From NCBI RefSeq assembly GCF_009914755.1, contig NC_060925.1: DNA of 64,000 nt; one strand, given 5' to 3'. The stretch is from the human T2T-CHM13v2.0 reference genome, Homo sapiens. Shown here in pieces: positions 18,541-40,181 of this stretch (within the stretch, counting starts at the first letter, position 1; each line of letters opens with the position of its first letter). A program made the position numbers and the translations under genes. Below the pieces are notes generated by a model that was given only the letters and a program-made list of their open reading frames with translations, was not told the origin of the DNA and ran no database searches.

Positions 18541-20550
18541 CAAAAAGTTTGAACTGACTGGAACATGAAGAGTTAGTGACGCCTGCTGAAGGACCCTTTA
18601 TGCCATTCTAAGGAGCTTACATTTTATCCTGTAAGCACTTAGGAGCCAGCAGAGATTTTTAAGAAGGGAATGACCAGATTAAATTGTATACAAAGAGGAG
18701 GTAGAAATATGGCAGTAGCATGAAAATGGTGTGGAGAGGACAGAAAATAATGGCAATGAGAATGGTTCCATGGATATTTCAATGGGTTAGGAGAAGAATG
18801 TTAAAGCAGATTTAAGAACTATTTGGGAGGTGGACTAAGCAGACCTGGAGCAATAAAGAAGCTTTGATGAAAAATAAAGAAAGTAGAAAGTGGTTTCAAA
18901 TCTTTAACTTGGACTATGTAGTAAAAGTTGAAGTCAATAACCAAAATAGAAAATTCAGGAGTAGCAGATTTCAAGGAAAGAATGATGAGTTCACTTTTGG
19001 GACATGTTAGGCTTGAGGTACTTGTGAGAAATCCAAGTGTAAATTGGTCTGAAGCCTAGGAGAATAACTTAGGACAAAGAAGAATTTGGTTAGGGTTAGG
19101 GTAAGAGCTGGGATCTTACAGAAAAAGTTAAGATCACCCAGAACAAGTATATAGAGTTGAGGGTGGGGAGGCAGGGAGGAACTAGGATGAAACCAAGTGA
19201 CCACCAATAATTGAGGGGTAGACATACAGGGAGAAGCAACAAAAGAGACTGAGTCATACAAGAAGTGGAGAGTGTGGTCATACAAGCCCAGTGAGGACTG
19301 GAATTTAAGAAGGAAAAGCAAAACAAGGGAACAAGGAAAGAACAAAAGCCTTAGAAGAGTCCCACTACTAAGCTAAGACTCAGACCTCTTTGGAGAGGGA
19401 GTAGCTGCCTCAGGAACAAGATGCCTTCAGTTAGTGAAAGAACTTGCCGAATGTTGCTGACCAGAGCTGGCTCATAGGACTGACTCACCAGAGGGAGGAA
19501 AAACTTGCCGGACCATGTAGGCAGCTGGATCTGCTTTGTAGGGGCACCCCACTGGCTGATGGAAAAACTTGCTGAAGGACGCAGGTTGGCCGTAGCTGGT
19601 CAGTAAAAGCAACCTGCTAGGTAGCAGAGAAATATGCTAAAGGATGCAGGGCAAAGCTGGCTGCTGAGGAGAGCAATACCAGGCCTCCTTCATGATGTCA
19701 AAAACCAGCTCAGTGGAACCAGGAAATGAAGTATCTTTCTTCTTCTATGGCCTTGCAGTGTTTCTCCAGAACTCCCTATTGACAAGACTAATATCAAGCA
19801 GCTGACAAAGTAAACCTGTTTACAGGGTCCATCTCCAATATTAAATAGCATGGCAAAGAAGGGTACATTTGGATCTGAGAAGCAATAAATTAATAAATGG
19901 CACAATTCATCCCTTTGGCTTCCATATGCACCCATTTACACACATTCAAACTTCCATACAACAATAAAACAACTCTATGTTTCTACCTAAAAAGATTCGG
20001 TTAAACTTTATATAAGTGAATTTCTCACCAACTCCACAAAATGAGGAGACACATAGTCCGGTCATTATATCCATCATTAGTTATACTAATGACGCAAAAG
20101 GAACAGCAGTTTTTGCATTGTTGGAATTTGCCTTTTGATATTGGGATACACTCTCAAATAAATGTGGTTATGTTATACATTATTTTAATGGACACTCTCG
20201 CTTTATTTATTTATTTATTTATTTTGCTGATGACATTACTTGCTGTTTATTTTATGTTTATTTTAGACTATGGAAATGATGTTAGACAAAAAGCAAATTT
20301 GAGCAATTTTCCTATTCAAGTTCAAAAATGTCGTAAAGCAGCAGAGACAACTTGCAACAATGCATTTAGCCCAGGAGCTGCTAACGCTAATGAACGTACA
20401 ATGCAGTGGTGGTTCAAGAAGTTTTGCAAAGGAGACAAGAGCCTTGAAGATGAGGAGCACAGTGGCTGGCCATTGGGAGTTGATAATGACCAAAAGAGCG
20501 CAAACATCGAAGCTGATCCTCTTACAACTACACAATAAGTTGCCGAAGAA

Positions 20551-21369
20551 GGCCGCCCCTACTGGGAAGTGAGGAGCCCCTCTGCCTGGCCAGCCGCCCC
20601 GTCCGGGAGGGAGGTGGGGGGGTCAGCCCCCCGCCTGGCCGGCCGCCCCGTCCGGGAGGTGAGGGGCGCCTCTGCCCGGCCGCCCCTACTGGGAAGTGAG
20701 GACCCCTCTGCCTGGCCAGCCGCCCCGTCCGGGAGGGGGGGGGGGGGTCAGCCCCCCGCCCGGCCAGCCGCCCCGTCCGGGAGGTGAGGGGCGCTTCTGC
20801 CCGGCCGCCCCTACTGGGAAGTGAGGAGCCCCTCTGCCCGGCCACGACCCCGTCTGGGAGGTGTGCCCAGCGGCTCATTGGGGATGGGCCATGATGACAA
20901 TGGCGGTTTTGTGGAATAGAAAGGCGGGAAGAGTGGGGAAAAAATTGAGAAATCGGATGGTTGCCGGGTCTATGTGGATAGAAGTGGACATGGGAGACTT
21001 TTCATTTTGTTCTGTACTAAGAAAAATTCTTCTGCCTTGGGATCCTGTTGATCTGTGACCTTATCCCCAACCCTGTGCTCTCTGAAACATGTGCTGTGTC
21101 CACTCAGGGTTAAATGGATTAAGGGCGGTGCAAGATGTGCTTTGTTAAACAGATGCTTGAAGGCAGCATGCTCGTTAAGAGTCATCACCACTCCCTAATC
21201 TTAAGTACCCAGGGACACAAACACTGCAGAAGGCCGCAGGGTCCTCTGCCTAGGAAAACCAGAGACCTTTGTTCACTTGTTTATCTACTGACCTTCCCTC
21301 CACTATTGTCCTATGACCCTGCCAAATCCCCCTCTGCGAGAAACACCCAAGAATGATCAATAAAAAAAA

Positions 21370-21408
<39 letters not shown>
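20551..21408 (+). mobile_element. 5'-truncated SVA (SVA_E-like): VNTR + SINE-R + (AAAT)n tail
   Basis: GC-rich VNTR, complete SINE-R, AATAAA; 14-bp TSD AAGTTGCCGAAGAA at 20537-20550 and 21409-21422; SINE-R variants gcggctcattggggatgggcc / gttgccgggtct recalled as SVA_E. Confidence 0.93.
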
Positions 21409-21624
21409 AAGTTGCCGAAGAAATCAACGTCGACGATTCTATGTTCATTTGGCATCTGAAGCAAACTGGAAAGGTGAAAAAGTTCAATAAATGGTGCCTC
21501 ATGAGCTGACTGAAAATCAAAAAAATTGTTGTTTTGAAGTATCATCTTCTCTTATTCTACCCAACAACAACGAACCATTTCTCGATCAGATTGTGATGTG
21601 CAACGAAAAGTGGATTTTATATAA

Positions 21625-22083
<459 letters not shown>

Positions 22084-22925
22084 TGAGAAGTGTGCTCAAC
22101 AAATCAATGAGATGCACCGAAAACTGCAATGTCTGCAGCCAGCATTGGCCAACAGAAAGGGTCCAATTCTTCTCCATGACAATGCCCAACTGCACGTCGC
22201 ACAACCAACGCTTCAAAAGTTGAAGGAATTGGGCTATGAAGTTTTGCCTCATCCGCCATATTCACCTGACCTCTCTCCAACTGACTACCACTCCTTCAAG
22301 TATGTCGACAACTTTTTGCAGGGAAAATGCTTCTACGACCGGCAGGATGCAGAAAATGCTTTCCAAGAGAGTTTGTTGAATCCCGAAGCACAGATGTTTA
22401 TGCTACAGGAATAAATAAACTTATTTCTCATTGGCAAAAATGTGTTGATTTTAATGGTTCCTATTTTGATTAATAAATAAGTGTTTGAGCCTAGTTATAA
22501 TGACTTAAAATTCACGATATAAAACTGCAATTACTTTTGCACCAACCTAATAATTTAGCCTCAAATTTAGTCATGGTCCCACTGAATATTCTTCCACCTA
22601 AAGACACAATTGTAAAGTTAACCTCCAACAACTGGTATATAAAATAATAAGGGGAAAAAGAGAGTGAATGATAAAATAGTTAAATATACAAGTAAACATA
22701 CATATAGTAAACAAAGAGAAAATAGGTAATGCTACTACAGTCCTCACGTCTATAATTGGCCATAGGTGGTATCTATGACTTCCTTCTTCCACTAGCCATC
22801 TTGCTCTTTTATAATGTAGAGGTGAGCTGAAACTTCATTCCTGAAAAGTCCTCAATAGTCTTGTGCTTTTAAAAAGTGCTATAGTTTTCTGTAACCTTAA
22901 CTTTGGGTGTGAAAGTATTAAAAGT

Positions 22926-23392
<467 letters not shown>

Positions 23393-23874
23393 TTAAAAGC
23401 AGCTCCAGAGAATCCCCTGGTGTCAGAATCGTTCTTTCTGCTCCATTGTGTAGCAGCAACTCAATTTTCCCATGGTACTAAGGAAGTAATCATTGCATAA
23501 AGTAACTGTTTTATCTGCCTGTTGGTTCAGTGACGTAGGGAGCCCAAATAGTCAAATGGAGTTTCATCTTCTAATTCAGTGGAATCGTTGTTCTATTCCC
23601 CATTAGAAACTAAGATCTCCAAACCAACAGAGCTCAAAGTAGCTGAAGGGGAAAGCAAAAATCTGGTGAGTGGGTTATTACATGTAATAGAGAGAATAGC
23701 CATTTCCATCTCTTGATTTCTGGTTTCTGGTTATGGAAGAGACAGTGCCATATAATGATCTCTGATTCAAAGCATAATACTGCATGCTGAAAGACAAAAT
23801 CCCATCCTTTCATGGTATTGTCTTGTGACCTGATCATCTATAGTCATTCTCTAAGATCCATCCAGTCTCTGTAG

Positions 23875-24200
<326 letters not shown>

Positions 24201-24896
24201 TGAAACAGGTATTTTGAATGTGGACATGAAAGTTATCAGCATCTGAGCTGTTTCAAGCCTTTGATGGCACTGATATCTGCAATTCCTGTAGGGATGCAGT
24301 ATTGCTTTTGGTTTGCTATTTTGATAGACAGGTTTAGCCCATTCTACCACAATGGTGCTCATAAACATGTTTATGCCAATTCAGGAGATAGGGAAACAAC
24401 CATAGGATATTTCTGTGGACAAAGCAGTCCTACTTTAACTTAGGCTAAGATTCCATCTATCACCTGTCACCGATAGCCCCACTGTGAGCCACCTGTGTCA
24501 TTTTGGATCCCAATTACTTAGCATCAATTCAGAGACAGTGCCTGTTAATACCTTAAAGGTCTGGATATTCCTATTTTTTTTCCTAGCTTACAGCCACTCT
24601 AGCAAATGGCGAAGGTCTCTTTGGATAAGGCCTAGAGAAGGTTTTATAATGTATTCTTGCAGCTGGATGGAATTTAATGTTGCTGGATCACTCCTTAAGG
24701 GAGAGAAGGCTCCCATTCAGTCAAGGGCTGTACAATTTGTAAACTGGCTTAAGTATGTCAACTGGCTGAGAGGCCATGATGCTCCATTGTGGTAACTCAA
24801 GTCGGGTTTTTGGCTATCAGACATAGGATAGGCTGCTCTGTTTCACTCCAAAGAACATCATAATTAATTGGCTAAAACCAAGGCTCCTTACGGATC

Positions 24897-25277
24897 TGCT
24901 ATAGAATGAATGCTTGTATCCCCCCTCCCACCAAAAAAATCCATGTGTTGAAATCCTAACCCCCCATGTGATGGTATTAGAAGGTGAGGCCTTTGGGAGG
25001 TGATTAGGTCATAAGGGTGGATCCCCCATGAATAAAATTAGTCTCCTTATGAAAGAGACCCCCAGAAAGACCCCTTGCCTTTGCTGCTCTGTGAGCACAC
25101 AATGAGACAATAGCCAGTCATCTATGAACTAAGAAGCAGGCCCTCACCAGACACCAAATCTGCCAGCACTTTGATCTTGGACTTCTCAACCTCTAGAACT
25201 GTGAGAAATAAGTGTGTGTTGTTGAAACCATCCAGTCTATGGTATTTTTGTTATAGCAGCCAAAAGAAACCAAGACA
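24897..25277 (+). mobile_element. MLT1A/B-type solo LTR
   Basis: tgctat...aagaca termini; TSD-like ggatc / gggtc. Confidence 0.8.
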
Positions 25278-25933
25278 GGGTCACAGCATCTTTATTACTG
25301 ATAACATCTCTGCTGCCCTTTACAGTAATGCAGCCACCCACCTTGTTTTTCACAGTTAAGTGCTGTCATTTGATATCTGCTACTTGGGCTCACATCATTT
25401 CTAGTGAAATCTGGGAGTTCATTTCAATGGCAGCAACTCACATGGTCATACCTTTCCCACAGAGGAAAGCAATCACAGTATGTATCACTCCATGCCCTAG
25501 TGACAGAAGTGTTTTCCAGGCCTCCTCAGGAGTTAGAGTGGGAAGATGAATGTGCAGTTTGCACATAATAAACTCACTCCAACTTTTCAATGCCTTTAAG
25601 TGTTTGGATTTCCTTCTTTACTTCATGCCAGTGAAGCTCCAGTATCTCATCCTCATTAAACATGTCACCCCTGAGTTAAAATTTCAGTCAACCAACTCAT
25701 AAAGCTGTTACAGTCATCTCCATCTGCATACATTAACACATTAAACCTGGAATCTCTAGTAAGTGTCCCCAATTAATAATTCTACATGATCAATTAATTC
25801 TACCGGTTACCTTGGTCTGACACCTTTAGAACCTACTACAAATGTTCTCAGGTTTCTGTTAACACTGTATATATTAGCCAAACCGTGTAATAATGGTGAA
25901 TTAGCTATTTCTTCCTGGGTCATACCGTATATC

Positions 25934-26312
25934 TGATATGGTTTGAATTTGTGTTGCTGCCCAAATCTCATGTCAAATTGTAATCCCCAATGCTGAAGGA
26001 GGGGCCTGGTGGGAGGTGAACTGGATCATGGAGGCAGATTTCCCCCTTGCTGTTCTCATGATATTGAGTGAATTCTCACGAGATCTGGTTGTTTAAAAGT
26101 GTGTAGCACCTCCCCATTCTCTCTATTCCTCCTGCTCTGGCCATGTAAGATGTTCCTGTTTCCCCTTCCATCATGATTGAAAGTTTCCTGAGGCCTCCCC
26201 AGCCATGCTTCCTGTATAGCCTGCAGAACTGTAAGCCAATTAAACCTCTTCTCTTTATTAATTACCCAGTTTCAGGGATTTCTTTATAGCAGTGCAAGAA
26301 AGGACTAACACA
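25934..26312 (+). mobile_element. MSTA solo LTR
   Basis: tgatatggtttg...ctaacaca; TSD ATATC. Confidence 0.9.
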
Positions 26313-27199
26313 ATATCTGACTCCCTAGAGCAGACTGAGATTGGATCCTACTTATGATTCCAGTGGCAACCAAAGGTGATTGTAGTGATTCTTGAGGAGG
26401 ATGCATATCCCTTTGCAAAACTATCCCAGTTAGGTTGTTACCAGTTTTCAACCAAAGCAAGGCTAGTGTACGCAAACACAGGAAGACAAGCTACTTTCTT
26501 TGGCAAGGGAGGTTCATGGTGTCTTGGTTTGAGACAAAATTTTGTTTTGTATTTTTTTATAAAAACCCAGGGCTGAAATGGTTATTTGTTGGAGGCAGAC
26601 ACCCAGCCTTCTTTTATTTTGTTGTTCAGGGATACTCTACATGCAGTTTGCATCTTGTCCAAGATGCACCCTCCATTAAGTCTGGTAAGAGGGGCAATTA
26701 TTGTGTAGATCATGCCCCTTCCTTTAAAGCTACCACTCTGAAGACACACATGTCACTTTCACCCACATCCTGCTGGCCAGAACTTAATCATACAGTCGCA
26801 ACTATCTAAAAGAAGGACAAAAACAAAAGAATAAAGAAAAATTTTGTCTTTGTTCTGAGTACCCATGTGCCCAGTACAGATTTGGGGATTCTAATACCAA
26901 AGGAAGATAGAAAGAATAAATCCTGGGACTGAAAAATCAGCAGCTTCTGCCACAAGTGTTAGGTTATAAAAGAAAATCACATCAAATACATTTTGGAAAT
27001 TCTGTGTTAAACGAATGAGACCTCATTTTTTCTTGACAGCAGAATACATGGTTATGTCCATTGTGAGTCACCAAGACTTCTTTGGCCATGAAAGTTTTTT
27101 AAAGACTACTTCAAAGGACTAGTGTCTCACAAAATACATTTTGCCAAATACTAGACGTAGCAATAAACATGAATGATTTTGAAAAAGATATACAAGAAA

Positions 27200-27850
27200 A
27201 TCTCAAGAAAAGGCACAAGATTCATCTATTAATAATTTTGAAGGTAAATTATTTCAAGCCATAAATAAACATATAATTTCAATATTCCTTAAAATTTTCC
27301 AGACCAAGAAAAAGGAGAAAATGTTCATGATTTCTTTCACAATGCTACTATAACCCCAATTCAAAGGCCTCACAAGTACAGCACACAAAAACAGTTACAG
27401 AAAAATCTCACTTGACCAAAATTCATAAATAAAACTTTAGCACACTGATTCAGCAGAATATTAAAGAGTTATCCACCACAACTATATAAGATTTGTTCCA
27501 GGAACGTAAGAATGGTTCACTGTTAGGAAATCTATTAATACAACTTAACACATAAATTTTCAAAGAAGAAAAATTATGTGAGCACCTTAAAAGGTGCCAA
27601 AAGGTTGAACACGATCTTAAAAAAATGTTGCCAAAGGCATTTAATAATGTATAGCATATATTCCTTATGATTTAAAGATGTTTTAGTAAAATAGGAAAGA
27701 AGGAAGAATACCGCTCTAACATTAAAAAAAACTATATCAACCACCAACAAATGTTGTATATTAATGTTGACACTCCAGAGATGTTCCTACAAAACTCAAA
27801 AACAAAGATTATCTGCTAACAACCCTATATTTTAACAATAGTTAACCTAT
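27200..27850 (+). mobile_element. Old L1 ORF2 fragment
   Basis: ...atttgttccaggaacgtaagaatggttc...aaaggcatttaataa resembles the L1 RT region. Confidence 0.6.
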
Positions 27851-28529
27851 TGTACTAGCAAAAGAAACAGATCCTTAACACTGAATATGGGTGAGAATAT
27901 GGGGAAATAGAAACTTTCACCCACCTTTCTGGAGGCCAAGTTGAGAACCTGTATCAAAAAGTTAAGAATTATTCATATATCTTCAACTGAGCAATTTTCA
28001 GCTGTAGATATATATTGCGAAGGAATAATCAGACAAGTTCACCTGTGTACAGCAACATGTATTGTAGTACTGGTAGGTATGGGAAAAATCCAAATAAGCT
28101 ATCTTAGAGGATTAGTTGAGGCATAGTTGTATTTGGTCAGGGCTTCATTGCCTTAACTTTGCCCACTCCTCTACCAGAGGAGGAGGGAGGTTTGTAGGAG
28201 GTTTACCACTGCTCAGAAAGTTCTTCCCTGATCCTTCCTTCTGGGGTGCTGCTGCCACCTGGAGCAGGTAGGTAGGAAGCAGCCTCTTACTGTCTCACTA
28301 TCACCAACACATACCACCTACTCTTGCCAGTTGCCCCGAGTGTAACCTGAGTGTTAGATCACACTTTCCTAAGTCAATGTGAATTTTTTAAATGCAGAAA
28401 ACATACCAAGACATAGAGTTTTTTGACAAGATGAAACCTAGTAAGCTTTTATTTATCTTAGTTACCCCATTTAGAAAGAATACAGATTGAGGAGTAATGA
28501 AGCCTAAAATTTTGGAGAGAGGGGTTTTA

Positions 28530-28901
<372 letters not shown>

Positions 28902-28960
28902 TTAGGTCGAAATAGCATGGTGAAACAGTGCTATTTGGCAGCATGGGAAAAGCAGCATTA

Positions 28961-29310
<350 letters not shown>

Positions 29311-29735
29311 TCATATATTTACTGGAAGCTTCTTCTTCTTGGGCTGAAATGAGAAGTCTGAAGAAGAAAAAATAGACAAGTAACATAGTCATCAGAGAAT
29401 ATATAAAATTTTGAGGGAGAATGAAAAGCGCATCTGTGAATTGAATATGTTCATAACTTCTTTTGATTACACTAAAACATTACATCTAGTGTCATGCTCT
29501 CTAATTTGTACATTAGATGACACATCTTTTCTGGGCCTCTAAACCATATTGTTCAGTCTCCCACATCCATCCACAGGTAAATTATGAACCAGCTATTCTT
29601 CTTAAGTTCAAACCATAACTCTCTCATTTTGACCAAATAAATATCATTTCAACACCTTATTCATATGGTGAGTGGAGTCCTGACCATGAGGACATCGGGA
29701 CTCCTCACTAGAAAATATGCCTAGCCAGCTAATTA

Positions 29736-29813
29736 TTAGATTGGAGCAAAAGTAATTGCGGTTTTTCATTAAAAGTAATGGCAAAAACTGCAATTACTTT
29801 TGCACCAAACTAA
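29736..29813. mobile_element. MADE1 MITE (Hsmar1-derived, palindromic)
   Basis: ttagattggagcaaaagtaattgcggtttt...aaaactgcaattacttttgcaccaaactaa flanked by TA. Confidence 0.95.
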
Positions 29814-30180
29814 TACTTTGTATTTATATTAAATTCACTTGTTTTTTATGCCACAAGTTCTATGGGAATCAGTATTTTTAAATATAGAAAATTTGTTGGT
29901 TGATGGCATATTCAGACGTAGAAAAAAAAATCACAATCTCTTTTCTCCCAGGAACAAAAGCTAAGAGCAGGTAAGAACCCAGAAAGTTACTCATCAGTGC
30001 AGAAGAATAGGCTTAGGGTCTTTCCTTTGCTGCCAGAGTAGTGCTGATTTCAGCATAAAGACATCCTTCAGTTGAGAGGCCTTGCCACTCATCAGTGATG
30101 TTCACTTTGGTTAATTAGAAATACTAAACTAACATGGGAATAATTCTGCTAGCCTAAAAGTGCATGAATAAATTATATAA

Positions 30181-30507
<327 letters not shown>

Positions 30508-31269
30508 CACATTAGCTTTTCATAATGGTTCCCATCTCAACTTCACAGACTTGAAAAGGCTCCAAAGTTCAATGTGATGGAAAGTCAGAATAAGACTCAA
30601 CTGGGCCCATTCACACTTCAGATACATAACTAGCTCTTGTGCAACAGACAGCATGCTGCAGGGGTAAGGAATCAGTTTCCCTGAAATGTATTTTTGCCAT
30701 GCTTTCATGTGTACTTAAATAGAAATAAGGGGTAAATTTTTGGTCAAGGATGCAGTTATGATAAGTTACTTTCCTATGATGATCCATTTCAGAGGCTTTG
30801 GTGAGATTGGGGGAAATATAGTGAACTACCTTTCTCTCAGGTCCCAGAAGGATAGAGAGAGTAGTGGTTCTTGCCAGAGTGAATGTTCTCACAAAGAGGA
30901 GAACAGAACTCTCCTGATATGCTATTTCTCTCCTCCCCGAAGGGGGACAACCACACACCTGGTTAGGGCTGCCCCTAAAAAGTAAAGGATACTGGAAAAA
31001 AAAATTTTCTAGGGCCCCTACCCATATAAACAATTTAATTTACCCCAAGTCAGCATGTCAGCACCATTTTAGTAGTTCAATTTCATGCAATTCTATGAAA
31101 TAAATGCCTTATTGGGTAGGGAGTATCCAATCTTCAGGCCACCTTTCTAGAACTGGGACCCAGCCATGGAAGCCTGGAATTACCCCATAGCATGAGTCAG
31201 AGAGTTCCTCAGAATATCTGATCAACTTCATGCATGAGGTATAAATAAATAATTGGAAAGTGAGATTTA

Positions 31270-31581
<312 letters not shown>

Positions 31582-31985
31582 TCAATTTTCAATGGCATCA
31601 AAAAACATGAACTACTTAGGTATAAATTTAACAAAACATATGGAAATCCTGTAAACTGAAAACTACAAAACAGTTAGTTGTAAGAGGTATATCAAAAGAT
31701 CTATATAAATGGAGAAATATAACAGGTTCATGGGTCAGAAGACTCAGTCTTGTTAAGGTGTCAATTCTCCCCAAATTTATCTGTAGATTCAATCAGGTTA
31801 GGCAGGTTTTTTGTTTTTGTTTTTAAGTAGAAATTGACAAGCAGTTTCTTAAATGTATATGAGAATGCAAAGGACCTAGAATCTAAATGCAAAGGACTAA
31901 ACAACCCTGAAAGGGAAACAAGCTAGAGGACTCATACTACCTGACTTCAAGACCTATTATAAAACGATAGCATTAAGACTGTAGG

Positions 31986-32306
31986 GGCCAGCCTCAGTGG
32001 CTCACGTCTGTAATCCCAGCACTTTGAGAAGCCAAGGTGGGTGAATTATTTGAGCCCAGGAGTTTGAGACCAGCCTGGGTAACATGGCAAAACCACATCT
32101 CTACAAAAAAAAAATACAAAAATTAGCTGGGCATGGTGGCACACTCCTGTTGTACAAGCTACTCAGGGGGCTGAGGCAGAAGGATTGCTTGAGCCCAGGA
32201 GGTCAAGGCTGCAGTAAGCCATGATTGCACCACTGCACTCCAGCTTGGGAGACAAAGCAAGACCCTGTCTCAAGACAAAAACAAAAACAAAAACAAAAAA
32301 ACAAAA
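31986..32306 (+). mobile_element. Alu (AluJ-like)
   Basis: Full dimer with (CAAAAA)n tail. Confidence 0.9.
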
Positions 32307-32398
32307 CTTATGGTGGCATAAGGATAGACATATGGACCATTGGAACTGAATAGAGAACCTATAAATAAACTCACGTATATATGATGAGTCAAAGGCAC

Positions 32399-35186
<2,788 letters not shown>

Positions 35187-35489
35187 GAAAATCAAAGCAA
35201 TCTAACAGAAAAGGGAAAGCCTTTTAACAAATAGTGCTAGAATAGATGAATATCCATAAAAAAATGATCCTCAACTCCTACCTCACACCATATACAAAAA
35301 TTAATTCATGACACCTAAATGTAAAACCTAAAACTAAAGCCTTTGGTGGGGGAGAAAGGAGGCTTGGGAGTAGACAAATTTTCTTAAATATGACATGGAA
35401 AGCAATAATAATTTTTAAAGTAATAAGTTAGACTTCATCAAAATTAAAACTTCTATTCATCAAAAAATATCATTAAGAAAATAATAGGA

Positions 35490-35812
35490 GGCCAGGTACA
35501 ATGGTTCATGCCTGTAATCCCAGCATTTTGGGAGGCCAGGATGGGAGGATCACTTGAGTCCAGGACTTCAAGATCAGCCTGGGCAACAAAGCAAGACCCT
35601 GTCTCTACAAACATTTTTAAAAATTAACCAGGCATTGTGGCATGTGCCTGTAGTTCCAGCTACTTAGGAGACTAAGGCAGGAGGATCACTTGAGCCTGGG
35701 AGGTTGAGGCTGCAGTGAGCTATGATTGTGCCATTTCACTCCAGCCTGGATGACAGAGTGAGACCCTGTCTCCGAAAAACAAAAACAAAATGAAAACAAC
35801 AACAAAAAGAAA
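35490..35812 (+). mobile_element. Alu (AluJ-like)
   Basis: Full dimer; TSD aagaaaataatagg. Confidence 0.92.
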
Positions 35813-36076
35813 ATAATAGGCAAAACCACAAACTGGAAGAATATATCCACAAAACATATATTTGACAAGGGACTTGTATTCAAAATATACAAAGAATTAC
35901 TAAAATTAATATTAATAAATAGGCAAAATATTTGAACAGACACTTCACAAAGCAAGATATATGAAAGGCCAATATGAACAAGAAAAAGTGCTCAACCTCA
36001 TTACTCACCAGTAAAATGCAAATTTAAACCACTACACACCTACTAGAACGGCTATAATTTTTAAAAACTGGCATCA

Positions 36077-36378
<302 letters not shown>

Positions 36379-37045
36379 ACTGGTATCACCAAATGTTGGA
36401 AAGGATGTGGATCAAAGAGAACTCTCATATGTTGCTGGTAAGAATGTAAAATGAAACAACCACTTTGGAAAAATATTTGGTAAAATCAAACATAAACATG
36501 TAGCATTATATTTCACTCCGGGGTATTTACTCAAGTAATTTCACTCCTAGGTATTCAGCCAAGAGAAATAAAAACAAATATCCACAAAAAGAATTGTACA
36601 GAATGTTTGTAGCAGCTTTATTCACAATAGCATAAAACAGCCAACAACCCAAACATTCTTCAGCAGTCGAATGGATAAACAAATTGTGGCATAGTCTTAC
36701 AATTGAATAGTACTAAGAAATATAAAGAAACAAGTTACTGATATATGTACCAACATGGAAAAACCTCACAGACATTGCTAAGCAAAAGAGACTATGTACA
36801 AGAGTACATAATGTGTGATTCCATTTATATGAATTTCTAGAAAAGGAAAACCAATCTAAAGTGAAAATAATCAGAACAGTGGTTCTCTCTGGGGGTCAGG
36901 GGAAAGGAGTGATGGGGAAAGGACACAATAGAGCTTTCTGTATCTTGAAGGTATGGGTTATAGACGTATATCTATTTGTCAGAATTATACAGTTAACTTT
37001 TTTGTATTTAAGTATATGTAAATTTTACCTTAAAAATAACTGCAG

Positions 37046-37177
37046 GGCCAGATGCAGTGGCTCACACCTGTAATCCCAGCACTTTGGGAGACTGAGGCAG
37101 GTGGATTGCTTGAGCCCAGGAGTTCGAGACCTGCCTGGGCAACATGGTGAAACCCCACTTCTACAAAAAAAAAAAAA
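37046..37177 (+). mobile_element. Alu left monomer / FLAM
   Basis: Single monomer plus A tract. Confidence 0.85.
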
Positions 37178-37630
37178 TACCACAATAAAATGCAAAGTGT
37201 TCTTAAATGCTGTTTTGAGAGGGGAAATCTGGGTGCTATGGTGGGGAGGAGGCATGAGCTGAACAATGCAATTATGTTGTTAAAAACATGAAACTCCTGT
37301 AAATAGGCCAGGAGAAATGCCACTTTTTCAGATCTCTTCAAGTTTCATGACTCACTAAAACTCTTCACTATTTTAGTCAGGTTTTAGTTCAAACAGAGTG
37401 CAGATTTTTGCTGTGTGGTTTCCTTATAGGGCCTAAATATTTAAGAATTTTAAACATAAATATTAATAGAAATATTGATTCACTGAGACATGATAAAGCT
37501 TTGGTGCTGGAATCAAACCAGATTGGGTGAAGCTCAAAACTGTAACCTCAAAGTGCCCAGTGTGATAGCCATGAAATGCACGGGACACAGCCCTTACAGG
37601 GAATAGAATGGTTCTGTTTCTCAGCACACC

Positions 37631-40181
<2,551 letters not shown>

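Noticed and set aside
20551-20860. CRISPR-like repeat array (also 45400-45890 and 1459-1537)
   Set aside because: These are SVA VNTR units or a simple duplication, with no unique spacers and no cas genes, in eukaryotic DNA.
30611-31033. 140-aa ORF in non-Alu sequence as a novel gene
   Set aside because: Non-ATG start, no recognisable domain or exon structure; more likely part of the putative ERV relic.
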